DNA of 55,724 nt from positions 1 through 55,724 of the IMG/VR virus record IMGVR_UViG_3300030328_002903. The stretch is one strand, 5' to 3'. The translations under genes and the position numbers were made by a program. The DNA is from a virus (taxonomy: Duplodnaviria > Caudoviricetes). The notes below the pieces were generated by a model. It did not search any database. It was not told the origin of the DNA and saw nothing but the letters and a program-made list of their open reading frames with translations. This document shows positions 44,203-54,358 of the stretch, in pieces. Positions within the stretch are counted from its first letter, which is position 1; each line of letters starts with the position of its first letter.

Positions 44203-45237
44203 CTACGTAGTTGTTGGTGGAACGTAAGGATTGCCATCTGCATCTACGTAGTTAGTGCCATCAGTAGAATAAAAAGGTTTACCTGTGCTATCATACATAG
44301 TAATTACATTTTTAGGTTGAGGAGAAGTAGTATCGCTAGGAGTACCTCCTCCTACTGGATATAAAGGTTTAAGCAATCTTTTTGCTTCAGCCATAGCGTC
44401 AGATGCATTATCAAACTGATTAGTAGAAAGTAACTTTTCTGCAAACTGTCTTATAGCATCTGATCTATCTTCTCTAGGAGAAGTACCAGACCTTGTACTT
44501 TTTGAATATTTAGTAGCAAGTTCGGTTGATAACCCTAACAAAATAGCTTTACCAAATCTTTCTGCAAAACTACCGGGATCAGCCATAGCTGTGTTCTTAG
44601 CTACTCGCATAAATTCTGTAGTTAATTCACCAACTGTCATGTTTTTTGGAACAGGTCCAATACTGGTTTCATAATTTTCTTGTATGCTTTTATCGGTAAC
44701 GTCCTCTATTTTGTCTCTTGTATCTTTTTTATCCTTACTGTCATCATTTTTGTCAGTTTCTTCTATATCTTTTAAAGTATCATCTAAAGCTTGTTTTGCT
44801 GCAGTAAGAGTACCAAACTTTTTTAACATATCAGATTTAAAAGCTTGTGCTGGTTTAGTAATATCAACTGTGCCATCAGCTTTAATGGTTGGTTTATTCC
44901 TCCTTCTAAATTTTTCAGTTCCTATAAACTTTTCAAATTTTGGTGAAAAAATTCCATCTTTAGGAGTAGTCATACCTGGCTTAACTTTTGAAAGCAAAGG
45001 ATTTAAACCTTTTGCTATTACATTGCTTGCAAGGTTAGGTACATAATTAAGGGCCGCTTGCCCTAGTCTTACGGCTCCTCCACCCCAAAACTCTTGTGGA
45101 TCTTGTGGAGATGGTTCCATAACCTTTTCTACAATAGGCATTGCCATGTTCATCAACTCTTCAGAGGATGACATGATCCCACCTATTTTATTCAGTTGAT
45201 CCCGAGCAGCACGATCATTACTATTCATAAAAACCAT
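44203..45237 (-). CDS. internal virion protein
   Basis: ~344 aa in ejection-protein cluster. Confidence 0.6.
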   Translation of the reverse strand: MVFMNSNDRAARDQLNKIGGIMSSSEELMNMAMPIVEKVMEPSPQDPQEFWGGGAVRLGQAALNYVPNLASNVIAKGLNPLLSKVKPGMTTPKDGIFSPKFEKFIGTEKFRRRNKPTIKADGTVDITKPAQAFKSDMLKKFGTLTAAKQALDDTLKDIEETDKNDDSKDKKDTRDKIEDVTDKSIQENYETSIGPVPKNMTVGELTTEFMRVAKNTAMADPGSFAERFGKAILLGLSTELATKYSKSTRSGTSPREDRSDAIRQFAEKLLSTNQFDNASDAMAEAKRLLKPLYPVGGGTPSDTTSPQPKNVITMYDSTGKPFYSTDGTNYVDADGNPYVPPTTT

Positions 45238-45260
45238 AGTGATTCCACCGTTATTATGCA

Positions 45261-46520
45261 TTATGTCGCTCCACTTCCTTTTGCCTTTTCACCCAATGTG
45301 GGTTTATAAATATTAGCAGCAGTACTAAATACATTTCCTATGGGATTTAGATTGGGTGTATATGTAGCAGCAGAACCAGTAACACCACTAGGAATACCTG
45401 ATACAATATCTCTCATAAATCCAAATCTTGAAAAGGGTTCATAGGCTTCTTCAATTTGTGATGCTCGATCAGCATCGTACTGTGCTTGAAGTTGCTGCTG
45501 TTCTAATGCACCAGTATTAAATAATGCATTAATATCTTTCAACAATGCACCTTGTGCCGACTCTCCTAATGCACCTTGTTGCGTGGCTAACGAGCCTATA
45601 CCTTGTCCTAAACTACCAAACAAGTTCGCTGCATTCTGACCCATCTTAATGGAGTTCTCAAATGCTCTTGATCTAAGTTCACCACCCGTCTTAGCTTTTT
45701 GGGCTTCTACATTTCTTTGAACTTCCTGTTCTGTTACCGCCTGTCGGGAGCCGCCAAACGCACCTGATGCCACCATCTGTGCCCTTTGTCCAATGCCTTC
45801 AATATCACCTGCCCTTTGAATGTCGGCCTGTGTTGTGTCAATAACCTGTTCAACATAAGGATCATAGAATTGTTTATAAGAAGAAGGATCCCCATATCCT
45901 CCACTCATCATTTGCATTGGATTACCATCTGCATCATACATGGTATTTCCTGCAGCATCTGTCTGATAAACAGGATTGCCCTCTGCATCAAAGACAGCTT
46001 TACCTCCAGCTTTCTCAAAGTAAGATCTTCCAAGATCCATTAACCCTTGAGATTTATCGAGATATTCTTGGTATGCTCCCGTACCACCAGTACCTTCTAT
46101 ATAATTACCATCTTCATCATACTTCCCACCCATCATTTCTAAAGCTCGAATCTGTGGATCTGTCATTCCAATAATATCTGGAGGAGCCACTCCACCTAAT
46201 ACTTCTTGAATACGATTACCATACTGGTCTAACTCGTCTTCCATAATCATATTACCATCTGCATCTAGCATAGGATTACCATCTGCATCTAGCTTTGGTA
46301 TTTGTTGATAAATAGGAATAGGATTACCATCTGCATCGAGTACTTGATTACCTTCTGCATCTAATTCAAACTGTGGTTGACCATACAAAGGAGACTCAGC
46401 AGCAATACCCGTAACTTCTCCTGTATCGGGATCTACGTTATAAATATTTGAGAGTAAATCTTTTAGATAGTTTTCTATGTACTCCGGTTGGAGTTGCATA
46501 GTTTTTTGGACTTCACCCAT
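45261..46520 (-). CDS. internal virion/pilot protein
   Basis: F.DPY.EQV, GAFGGSR motif, Gln/Ala-rich, DxDGN repeats. Confidence 0.65.
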   Translation of the reverse strand: MGEVQKTMQLQPEYIENYLKDLLSNIYNVDPDTGEVTGIAAESPLYGQPQFELDAEGNQVLDADGNPIPIYQQIPKLDADGNPMLDADGNMIMEDELDQYGNRIQEVLGGVAPPDIIGMTDPQIRALEMMGGKYDEDGNYIEGTGGTGAYQEYLDKSQGLMDLGRSYFEKAGGKAVFDAEGNPVYQTDAAGNTMYDADGNPMQMMSGGYGDPSSYKQFYDPYVEQVIDTTQADIQRAGDIEGIGQRAQMVASGAFGGSRQAVTEQEVQRNVEAQKAKTGGELRSRAFENSIKMGQNAANLFGSLGQGIGSLATQQGALGESAQGALLKDINALFNTGALEQQQLQAQYDADRASQIEEAYEPFSRFGFMRDIVSGIPSGVTGSAATYTPNLNPIGNVFSTAANIYKPTLGEKAKGSGAT

Positions 46521-47299
46521 TACGCTCTCCCTTCTAACTGATTCATCATTCGATACATCTGGGCAGCACCTCTCGCTCTATCTCCTCCTCCTGCACCTCG
46601 TACAGCATCAGCGGTCATCACAAACTCTCCGTCCGAGAGCCGAGCTTCTTGGACCGGTCCACCATTCTGATAAATCGTTGCGGGTATTGAATCACTTTTC
46701 CCGGTTCCCGGACCTCGGATCAAGCCTCCTTGTGCGACCCTCATGGTTGGCGTGTATCTATAATCAGGAACTGGAGTTCCTTGATAATCTGGATTTCTTT
46801 CTCCCGTAACATACTGCTGTTGTTCTAGTTTAGACCAAGGATTTTTATTCTTAGTCATTTGATTCATAAGCAATCCCGCCATAAGAGCTTGCATTGGGTT
46901 GCCTGTTTGTTGAGATATCATAGTATTAAACAATCCTGCTGCCCCACCTTGCATGGCTCCCGGAATCCCTAATGCTTGACCTAAAGGATTTGATGCCCAA
47001 GATGATCCTGCATTAGCTGCTGGCAGTCCTCTCCCAACAGGAACATTTCCAAAACTCATTTGTCCTTTTGACGAACCTGCTCCTCCTCCACCACCACCCA
47101 TGTTCATCATTTGTGACATTAGGTTAAGTTGGGGGTTTGTATTAAACAAAGTTCCAATCCCACTTTTAAAAGCGTCTTGAAGATTGTTCCCTCCTAAGAG
47201 ACTACCTATAAGAGCACCTCCAGCGGCACCTCCAGGTCCCCCTGTAACAAGTCCAAAGATTGTTCCTATGGTTTCTAATATTCCAGTTTCTTTTGCCAT
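46520..47299 (-). CDS. internal virion/pilot protein
   Basis: Gly-rich TM-like N-terminus; GG.I.GPG.G.SDSIPA...LSDGEFV.TADAV. Confidence 0.7.
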   Translation of the reverse strand: MAKETGILETIGTIFGLVTGGPGGAAGGALIGSLLGGNNLQDAFKSGIGTLFNTNPQLNLMSQMMNMGGGGGGAGSSKGQMSFGNVPVGRGLPAANAGSSWASNPLGQALGIPGAMQGGAAGLFNTMISQQTGNPMQALMAGLLMNQMTKNKNPWSKLEQQQYVTGERNPDYQGTPVPDYRYTPTMRVAQGGLIRGPGTGKSDSIPATIYQNGGPVQEARLSDGEFVMTADAVRGAGGGDRARGAAQMYRMMNQLEGRA

Positions 47300-47361
47300 C
47301 TCATCTCCTTTGAACTATAATAACAAAAATTGTTTAAAATTACTATAGTCTTATTATAAAG

Positions 47362-47655
47362 TTAAACTACTACTGTCACCGATCCTACGTTTCCTGTTCC
47401 AATAGAACCTCTAACATGAGGTCTATTACTTAAAGGTATTTTAACAAATCCATCGTGAGCGAACAATCCCCCGTCTTCCAATCCAGAATCATCTGTTTGT
47501 AAATTAGTAAGTACAAAACTAGAAGCTCTACCTTCACCAGGGTTCTGTATTTGATCAAGATATACAGCAAAGTTACGAACTAGTGTGGCAAAATATTGTT
47601 GATCATACTGCCCAGGAGGTATTGGAAAAAAAGGTAATACTAAGTTTCTAGACAT
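47362..47655 (-). CDS. small tail-associated protein
   Basis: 97 aa following the tail gene. Confidence 0.6.
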   Translation of the reverse strand: MSRNLVLPFFPIPPGQYDQQYFATLVRNFAVYLDQIQNPGEGRASSFVLTNLQTDDSGLEDGGLFAHDGFVKIPLSNRPHVRGSIGTGNVGSVTVVV

Positions 47656-49562
47656 TATCTTCTCCCATCTGGTCTAATATCTATTCTGGGTGACCCCAAT
47701 CTCCATCCCACTCCTGTAGTGTCAGATTCCACCCTTAATGCAAAGCTCCTACCTCTTAACCGAATATTCGCCTCTTGTGTAAATTGTTCTACTGGTACCG
47801 AAGCTGATTTTGTAATCTCTGTCGAATTAGATTGAAGGTAATTCCCACCTGGTGCATTCCTAGTTTTAATCGTCATAGTTGCAGCCGTTCCATTGGCAGA
47901 GCTAAAGGTTAAATCCGGAATAATACGGCTAATAAAACTAAACCTATCACCCTCTCCTATATCTATTTGACTTGATTCAACATGTGCAGAGATAGCACTT
48001 ACGGGATTTGTGCTTCCATCGTCATCCCCTGTCTCATGATTATAAAGATAGCCATCTGTACTTGCAGCTATTGGTAATTCACTTACTCCACGATCCATCC
48101 AAGCAGTTCGGACAAGAGATCCAACATACCATACTTTTTGCTCATAGTTAAACACTACATATTTATCAAGCTCATCGGAACTTGCGGAACAGTAAAACCA
48201 CCATACCTCTGAAAATCCTGCATTAGCTGCGGAAAAAACTTTCTGTGCCTGTGCTACATTTAAATCGGAAAACACGTAATCCCTTACAGTGCAGGGAAGT
48301 TTTTGCACAGCACCATTATAAAAGTAAAAATCATTTATCCCCATCCAGAATACAGTATCTTCAATTGCAATGGATGCTTTAGGACTACGGATAGAAATAT
48401 TTTCAGATATTAAATTAACACCAAATGTAATAGGTGGTCCTAAAAACTGTAACGTATAAAGGGAAGTGTCAGTATAAACTAAAACTTGCTGACGAGTCTC
48501 TACTGCACAAACAATTTCAGATCCAGAACCAAGCCTTAATTCACCTGCAGTATTTGTTGCTGTTGTTCTCCAATCCGTTAAAGATTCTTGACTCGAAAAA
48601 CGTATAAGTAATGGATCTTGTGTTCCTATATCTGATTCTGGATCACACCCAAAAGCAATAATATGTCTATCTCTGTCAGAAACTAAAACTTGTGTGGCAA
48701 CGGTTGGAGCGAGATCCGAATTAGTTAATGAATTAAGTTCTACTGCCCTAGCGGTAAGTCCATTTGTTTTATCCCAATAATAAATACCTGCGTTTCTAAC
48801 ATTAATTAACAAATCCTCTCCAAAGTTATCGTGTGACCACAAACGTAAAACACCTGTTGTAGTAATAGTAGCTCCACTACCCCACGTTAATCGACCAAAG
48901 GTTCCTGCTCCCCAACCATTTCCTCCAACACCTGTATTCAAACCTTGACTAATTTGATATTTTCCTACAACAGAACCACCACCATTACCTGAGTCAGATG
49001 AAGTGGCATTTACTTGTGTAGGAGTGTATGTTCCATCTACAGTAATACTATTCAAAGTAGCAACTTCTCTAGCTAAAATAGTATAAGTATTGGCATCTGT
49101 TACAGAATTAATTTCGTATTCTTGATTTAAAATGTTAGCGGTAATAGCATCACCTAAAGAAACAGCTCCACTAAATGTAACAAAGTCACCTGCAATTGCA
49201 CCATGACTTGTATCTGTTACTGTTATAGTAGAAGTAGTTCCACTTCTGGCAAAAGTTACATCTCCGGCAGCTGTTGTAGATCTTAAAGGCGTTATATCAT
49301 AATAAGCCTGACCTTCTTCTATATAATATTTTTTGTTTGTTCCTAGACCCATAAATTTTTCAAGTGCTAAAGTCTGCCAAGGATGTAATGCTCTGCAAGT
49401 ACCAAGAAACGAGTTGCTACCTATCTTAGTCCAACCTCCTATTTTCTCTGGGAAACCAAATCTAAATCTAATTTTGTCACAATCATTCCAACCCCCTTCA
49501 TTAGAATAAGAAGTAACTTCTTTATTAATCCCTGGTCTAAACTGTAACTTTGTTAAAGGCAT
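47655..49562 (-). CDS. tail stabilization/nozzle protein (P22 gp10 / T7 gp12-like)
   Basis: 635 aa, RF..G.PEKIGGW, IRFS.QE, WRLG..R.DI.PDG.R. Confidence 0.75.
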   Translation of the reverse strand: MPLTKLQFRPGINKEVTSYSNEGGWNDCDKIRFRFGFPEKIGGWTKIGSNSFLGTCRALHPWQTLALEKFMGLGTNKKYYIEEGQAYYDITPLRSTTAAGDVTFARSGTTSTITVTDTSHGAIAGDFVTFSGAVSLGDAITANILNQEYEINSVTDANTYTILAREVATLNSITVDGTYTPTQVNATSSDSGNGGGSVVGKYQISQGLNTGVGGNGWGAGTFGRLTWGSGATITTTGVLRLWSHDNFGEDLLINVRNAGIYYWDKTNGLTARAVELNSLTNSDLAPTVATQVLVSDRDRHIIAFGCDPESDIGTQDPLLIRFSSQESLTDWRTTATNTAGELRLGSGSEIVCAVETRQQVLVYTDTSLYTLQFLGPPITFGVNLISENISIRSPKASIAIEDTVFWMGINDFYFYNGAVQKLPCTVRDYVFSDLNVAQAQKVFSAANAGFSEVWWFYCSASSDELDKYVVFNYEQKVWYVGSLVRTAWMDRGVSELPIAASTDGYLYNHETGDDDGSTNPVSAISAHVESSQIDIGEGDRFSFISRIIPDLTFSSANGTAATMTIKTRNAPGGNYLQSNSTEITKSASVPVEQFTQEANIRLRGRSFALRVESDTTGVGWRLGSPRIDIRPDGRR

Positions 49563-50404
49563 TAATGTTTCTTTCTGTTTTCCAATTTCTTAGTGTTCGT
49601 TAAAGATTGTTTGTCTAATAAAGTAAAACCTCTACGTTCTGCAAACTTCTGGGGATCTTTTTCCCATTTATCGGCACAAGATTCTAAAAAACGCATAGTC
49701 ATTTCGTGTGTCGGTGCTTTGCCATTCTTCATCATTTCATTTTCCATTTGGAGAAAAGCAAAAACTTCAGCTTGAGCTTGAGCACCACTGATACCTAAGT
49801 CAAAGATATAGATCATATTCCCTTCATCTATAATGCCACCTCTAGGTCTAGCACTGGTTAAAGCTTGCTTCATGGCTGTCATTATATGATATCTATTTTC
49901 TTCTCTTTCATACATTTCCTCTGTTATTTCATCTACCCCAAGATGTTTTAACAAAGAATTATATTGATTAACAAAAAAATTAAGTTTTCTTATGGCAGCT
50001 TGAACAGAATTTTGAGAATTTACAGAATGTGTTTGTATTTCTAGGATTTCCACTTCAAGCATTTCTCTTTCTAAATCATCTTGACATTCAAGCAGATCCC
50101 TCTGCTTCATCTTGAGTTCCACAGATTTCTTTTGCATTCTAATTTGAGCTTCTTGCAAAGCACTTTTTGTTTTATCAACTTCAGCTAAAGTATGCTTAAT
50201 AGAACGAATAGGTGTAATAGCCGTCACATCCAAAGTAACCCCCATAAACTGCGAATGCGACTTATAAAAATTACTAGATGCCTGTTGAACCATAGGCATA
50301 TTTTTTTCTATATTGTTCAACATGGTTTTGTACTCTGGCTTAATTTCCACCAAAGAATTTTTTATATTTTTTACAACTAAATCAGTTTGCAAACTAACCT
50401 CCAT
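49562..50404 (-). CDS. coiled-coil protein associated with the propeller cassette
   Basis: 280 aa; alternative TTG start at 50392 with GGAGG SD. Confidence 0.7.
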   Translation of the reverse strand: MEVSLQTDLVVKNIKNSLVEIKPEYKTMLNNIEKNMPMVQQASSNFYKSHSQFMGVTLDVTAITPIRSIKHTLAEVDKTKSALQEAQIRMQKKSVELKMKQRDLLECQDDLEREMLEVEILEIQTHSVNSQNSVQAAIRKLNFFVNQYNSLLKHLGVDEITEEMYEREENRYHIMTAMKQALTSARPRGGIIDEGNMIYIFDLGISGAQAQAEVFAFLQMENEMMKNGKAPTHEMTMRFLESCADKWEKDPQKFAERRGFTLLDKQSLTNTKKLENRKKH

Positions 50405-50738
50405 TCAGAGTTGTTAAATCATCCCATATTTTTGTAGCATGAGTTGCAGGCACAAAAGCTTCTAATGTTTTTCCATCCGATGCAAGTTGCGTCCAGTTAT
50501 TACCACTGCTTACACTTGTGAGGTACGTTGTAAGGTCATTTTTACTTGCAATTTCACCTTCGGAGCCAGATATATCTGCCCCATCATCAGCAATACCAAG
50601 CATTACATGATCTCTTGGACTTGCTGTGCTATCCTTAACTGGGTACATTCCACCTGTTCCTTGAGGTACACCAAACTTTAAAAATGTAGGTATTGTACCT
50701 TCCGCTGTTAATCTATATTTTATTACTTTATAAGCCAT
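50394..50738 (-). CDS. hypothetical protein
   Basis: AAGGAG SD places start at MAYKVIKYRL. Confidence 0.7.
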   Translation of the reverse strand: MAYKVIKYRLTAEGTIPTFLKFGVPQGTGGMYPVKDSTASPRDHVMLGIADDGADISGSEGEIASKNDLTTYLTSVSSGNNWTQLASDGKTLEAFVPATHATKIWDDLTTLNGG

Positions 50739-50754
50739 TATTATCTCCTTAAAA

Positions 50755-51789
50755 TTATTGTAATCCTCCATGAGAGGTAGACGCACAAGAAACTCCATTT
50801 GTTTCAGCGTTGGTTAAATCGCCAAAGTCACTAGCATTTCCTGCTGATGCTATCGTTATATAATCCATATTAGTAGCACCTCCAGTAAATTCACCTGCAA
50901 ATAAACCCCTCGTTTCTGAACAACCTGCACCACCATAACGTACACCACTAGTTAAATCTCCAAAGTCAGTAGTGTTTCCTGCTGATGCTATCGTTATATA
51001 TTGGATCGTGTTTGACTGACTAGGATCTCCGCCTGCAATTATACCTCTTGTTGAACTTGAGCAACTAGACGTACCATTTTTACCGGTATCCAAATTCCCA
51101 AAGTCGGTTGCATTACCTGCTGATGCTATGGTTACATAATCTATGGTATCGAAGTATGTGGAAGACCCCATCCCAGAATTAAATACTCCTCTTGTTGGAG
51201 AAGCACATGCTGAACCTACCGCTCTTGCTACAGTTAAATCTCCAAAATCTGTACCATCCCCTGCACTTGCTATAGTAACATATTCGATAACATTTGAATA
51301 AGCAAAAGGATAACTATAACCTTGAGTAAATATACCTCTTGTTGCATTACCACAACCCATATTTCTTTGAGCACCAGATACACTTAAATCACCAAAATTT
51401 GTACCTGCTCCTGCACTTGAAAGATTTAATTGTTCAATGTTACTAGACCTTGCTTGAGAAGGATCATATTCATAACCACATTGAACTGCCCTAGTAGCTG
51501 ATGATGCAGTGCCAGTATTATAATTAGCACGATCAGTTCTCATGCTATAACCCCAATCAGTAGTATTGCCTAGAGTAGTAATGTCTGAGTAAAAAACATT
51601 AACTGTTGTTCTACCAAACCAAAATGCTCTTGTAATAGTATTACCCGCTGTAGGCCACTTACTTTGTTTTATTAACATTTCAGCTTCAGCTAACGTCCAT
51701 ACTCCGGGGGCAGAAGTGCCTTCATAGTTATCAGCAGGAATAACCTGAGTTTCATCTGCTGTAATTAATCCACCTAAGTATCTAGTCAC
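50755..51789 (-). CDS. six-repeat (Kelch-like) beta-propeller tail protein
   Basis: six YxTIAS.GN..DFGDL-type repeats. Confidence 0.75.
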   Translation of the reverse strand: MTRYLGGLITADETQVIPADNYEGTSAPGVWTLAEAEMLIKQSKWPTAGNTITRAFWFGRTTVNVFYSDITTLGNTTDWGYSMRTDRANYNTGTASSATRAVQCGYEYDPSQARSSNIEQLNLSSAGAGTNFGDLSVSGAQRNMGCGNATRGIFTQGYSYPFAYSNVIEYVTIASAGDGTDFGDLTVARAVGSACASPTRGVFNSGMGSSTYFDTIDYVTIASAGNATDFGNLDTGKNGTSSCSSSTRGIIAGGDPSQSNTIQYITIASAGNTTDFGDLTSGVRYGGAGCSETRGLFAGEFTGGATNMDYITIASAGNASDFGDLTNAETNGVSCASTSHGGLQ

Positions 51790-52757
51790 TATAATCCTCC
51801 ATGTGCACCACCAACCATTCCTACATACATTTGTTGCCTCGTTACAGTTAAATCGCCGAAGTCGGTGGCATTGCCAGTACTAGATATGGTAATATAGTCG
51901 ATAACATTTAGTCTACCACCATCATTAACACCCCCTGCAAATAATCCCCTAGTAGTATTTGCTGCTCCTCCTCCTCCGAACCAATATGCGTTATTTAAAT
52001 CACCGAAGTCTGTAGTATTTCCTGTTGAAGCAATCGTAACATACTGCATAACATTAGTATAAGCAGCATTACCTCTCCATCCTGAACCGACAACTCCTCT
52101 GGTGTTATTGCTTAAACCACTAGTGCCAGCAAGAATTGCCTCTAAGTCACCAAAGTCAGTTGCATTTCCTGCTGAAGATATGGTAATATAGTCGATAACA
52201 TTTGACCCTCCTCCACTTGAAGGTTCACCACCTGCCCATACTCCTCTTGTTGTAGATTGAAAAGATGCATCGCCAAATCTAGCTACTGTTAAATTTCCAA
52301 AGTCAGTCATGTTACCTGTTGAAGCTATTGTAACATACTCCATAATATCTAAATTAGCAGTAGAGTTACTTACACCACCACCAACAACACCTCTTGTAGC
52401 ATTGCTTAATCCTGCAAGATTATTCCTTCCTGCACTTAAATCACCAAAATCACTAGCGTTTCCTTCTGTAGCTATAGTAACATACTGTATTTCATCCATC
52501 CTACTGGTGTCATAACCTCCTGCAAAGACTCCTCTTGTTGAAGAAGAAAAAGCTCCACCACTACTAGAAGCACTAGCTAAATCGCCAAAATCGGTAGCGT
52601 TACCTGTGGTATCTATAACAACAAAATCGATTACGTTTGTCCCACTTCCAGTATAACCCCCTGCAAACAATCCTCTAGCAGGTAAGGCTTGCCACAAACC
52701 ACCTTTTACAGCTACACCCTGTTGTCTTAAATCCCAAACTCCAGAATAATTAGGCAT
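51789..52757 (-). CDS. six-repeat (Kelch-like) beta-propeller tail protein
   Basis: six repeats; N-terminal SGVWDL. Confidence 0.75.
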   Translation of the reverse strand: MPNYSGVWDLRQQGVAVKGGLWQALPARGLFAGGYTGSGTNVIDFVVIDTTGNATDFGDLASASSSGGAFSSSTRGVFAGGYDTSRMDEIQYVTIATEGNASDFGDLSAGRNNLAGLSNATRGVVGGGVSNSTANLDIMEYVTIASTGNMTDFGNLTVARFGDASFQSTTRGVWAGGEPSSGGGSNVIDYITISSAGNATDFGDLEAILAGTSGLSNNTRGVVGSGWRGNAAYTNVMQYVTIASTGNTTDFGDLNNAYWFGGGGAANTTRGLFAGGVNDGGRLNVIDYITISSTGNATDFGDLTVTRQQMYVGMVGGAHGGL

Positions 52758-53962
52758 TATTGAAGACCTCCATTACCATTTGAAAACCCTGCCAATTGTG
52801 CTCTTCCCACCGTTAGGTCACCGAAGTCGGTGGTGTTCCCGGTGCTGGCTATGGTAATGTATTGAATTACATTACTAAATCCAGAAGCAGGTCTTCCTCC
52901 TGCAAAACAACCTCTAGCTGCACTATTTGAACCTGCTAACATTTTTATAGCAGCAGCTAAATCACCGAAATCTGTAGAATTTCCTGTGCTAGCAATGGTA
53001 ACATAATCCATAACATTTACAGGACTTGTACCATCAGGGTCTCCACCTGCTGTCACTGCCCTTGTCCCACTGCAAACTGAACCTGTATCAGTCCTTGCTT
53101 GAGTTAAATTTCCAAAGTCAGTGGCATTACCAGTAGAAGCTATAGTGACATAATCAATTTCATTTTTATAAGAACTACTGGCTCTGCCTCCACAAGTGAT
53201 GCCTCTAGTACCAGAAGATGTTCCTGATACTCCGTATCTAGCAACACTTAAATTTCCAAAATCGGTTGTATTACCTGTTGAACCTATGGTGATATATTCC
53301 ATAATATCGACTTGACCACTTGAACTACCTGTTGAACCTCCAGTAAATACTCCTCTTGTAGTATTATTAAAAGCACCTAAATATAATCTGTTCGCACTTA
53401 AATCACCGAAATCCGTACCATTGCCAGTAGACAAAATAGTAACATATTCTATAACATTTGTCGCATAACCACCTGCAACTACTCCTCTTGTTGAAGAGGC
53501 TAGACCTGCATTATCACTATCTGCTTTTGTGGCATCGCCAAAATCGGTGGCATTCCCGGTAGATTCAATAGTAATGTAATCGATTACATCTGAAATTCCA
53601 GAACCTGCTGCCTGTGTACCTTGATAAAAAATTCCTCTAGTTGCAGAAGGAGTCACAGAAGAAGCATCACTAATAGGACTTACACCATAAGCATTAGCCA
53701 CAGAACCTGTGACTGAATAACTTGTGCCATTAGTTAGACCTGTAATAGTTACTGGACTTGATGCACCAGAAGCTCCTGTCGAGACACCACTAGCTATAGC
53801 TGTTGCAATATAGGTTGTGACTTCACCACCACCAGTATTAGAAGGGTCTGTTATTGCTACAGAAACCTCTTCACTTCCTTTTGTAGCACTTATAGTGGGA
53901 GCATTAGGTGCTCTCAGTTGGTCAAAGCCACCAATGTAACCACCTTTATTACGAGTACCCAT
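52757..53962 (-). CDS. FN3 domain + six-repeat beta-propeller tail protein
   Basis: P.APT...TITGLTNGTSY...V.N..G FN3 pattern then six repeats. Confidence 0.75.
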   Translation of the reverse strand: MGTRNKGGYIGGFDQLRAPNAPTISATKGSEEVSVAITDPSNTGGGEVTTYIATAIASGVSTGASGASSPVTITGLTNGTSYSVTGSVANAYGVSPISDASSVTPSATRGIFYQGTQAAGSGISDVIDYITIESTGNATDFGDATKADSDNAGLASSTRGVVAGGYATNVIEYVTILSTGNGTDFGDLSANRLYLGAFNNTTRGVFTGGSTGSSSGQVDIMEYITIGSTGNTTDFGNLSVARYGVSGTSSGTRGITCGGRASSSYKNEIDYVTIASTGNATDFGNLTQARTDTGSVCSGTRAVTAGGDPDGTSPVNVMDYVTIASTGNSTDFGDLAAAIKMLAGSNSAARGCFAGGRPASGFSNVIQYITIASTGNTTDFGDLTVGRAQLAGFSNGNGGLQ

Positions 53963-53972
53963 TTAAAAACCT

Positions 53973-54347
53973 CTAGCTTAATTCCTCATATGTAATCGTA
54001 CAAGCTAGATCATTCGCTGCACTTGCCGTTACTCCAATAGAAGTATCTTCTTCTAAATATAAACCCATGTTTTTATCAATGACGACTAATGAAGCATCAG
54101 CAGGAACTGAAATTGTAGAAGCTAATAAAACAGCAGTTCCACCAATATCATCTTGAGGATATATGCCCACTGTTATTGTGGCTGCACTTGTACCATCTAC
54201 ATTTGCTACTACTAATGAATTTACTTTTATTACTTTACCAGACGATGCTGCATTTTCCAACAATTGAACTGCACTTGTGCCAGAAAGCAAAAGTGTATCT
54301 GTTTTTGCTGTAATTGTTGCAACATTTACTATATTAGGTGCTGTCAT
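53973..54347 (-). CDS. small tail structural protein
   Basis: APNIVNV...KVNSL.VANVDG...YLEE...YEEL. Confidence 0.7.
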   Translation of the reverse strand: MTAPNIVNVATITAKTDTLLLSGTSAVQLLENAASSGKVIKVNSLVVANVDGTSAATITVGIYPQDDIGGTAVLLASTISVPADASLVVIDKNMGLYLEEDTSIGVTASAANDLACTITYEELS

Positions 54348-54358
54348 TATTTATCTCC

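Noticed and set aside
50755-53962. Diversity-generating retroelement acting on propeller genes
   Set aside because: No reverse transcriptase, and no TR/VR pair differing only at adenines was seen.
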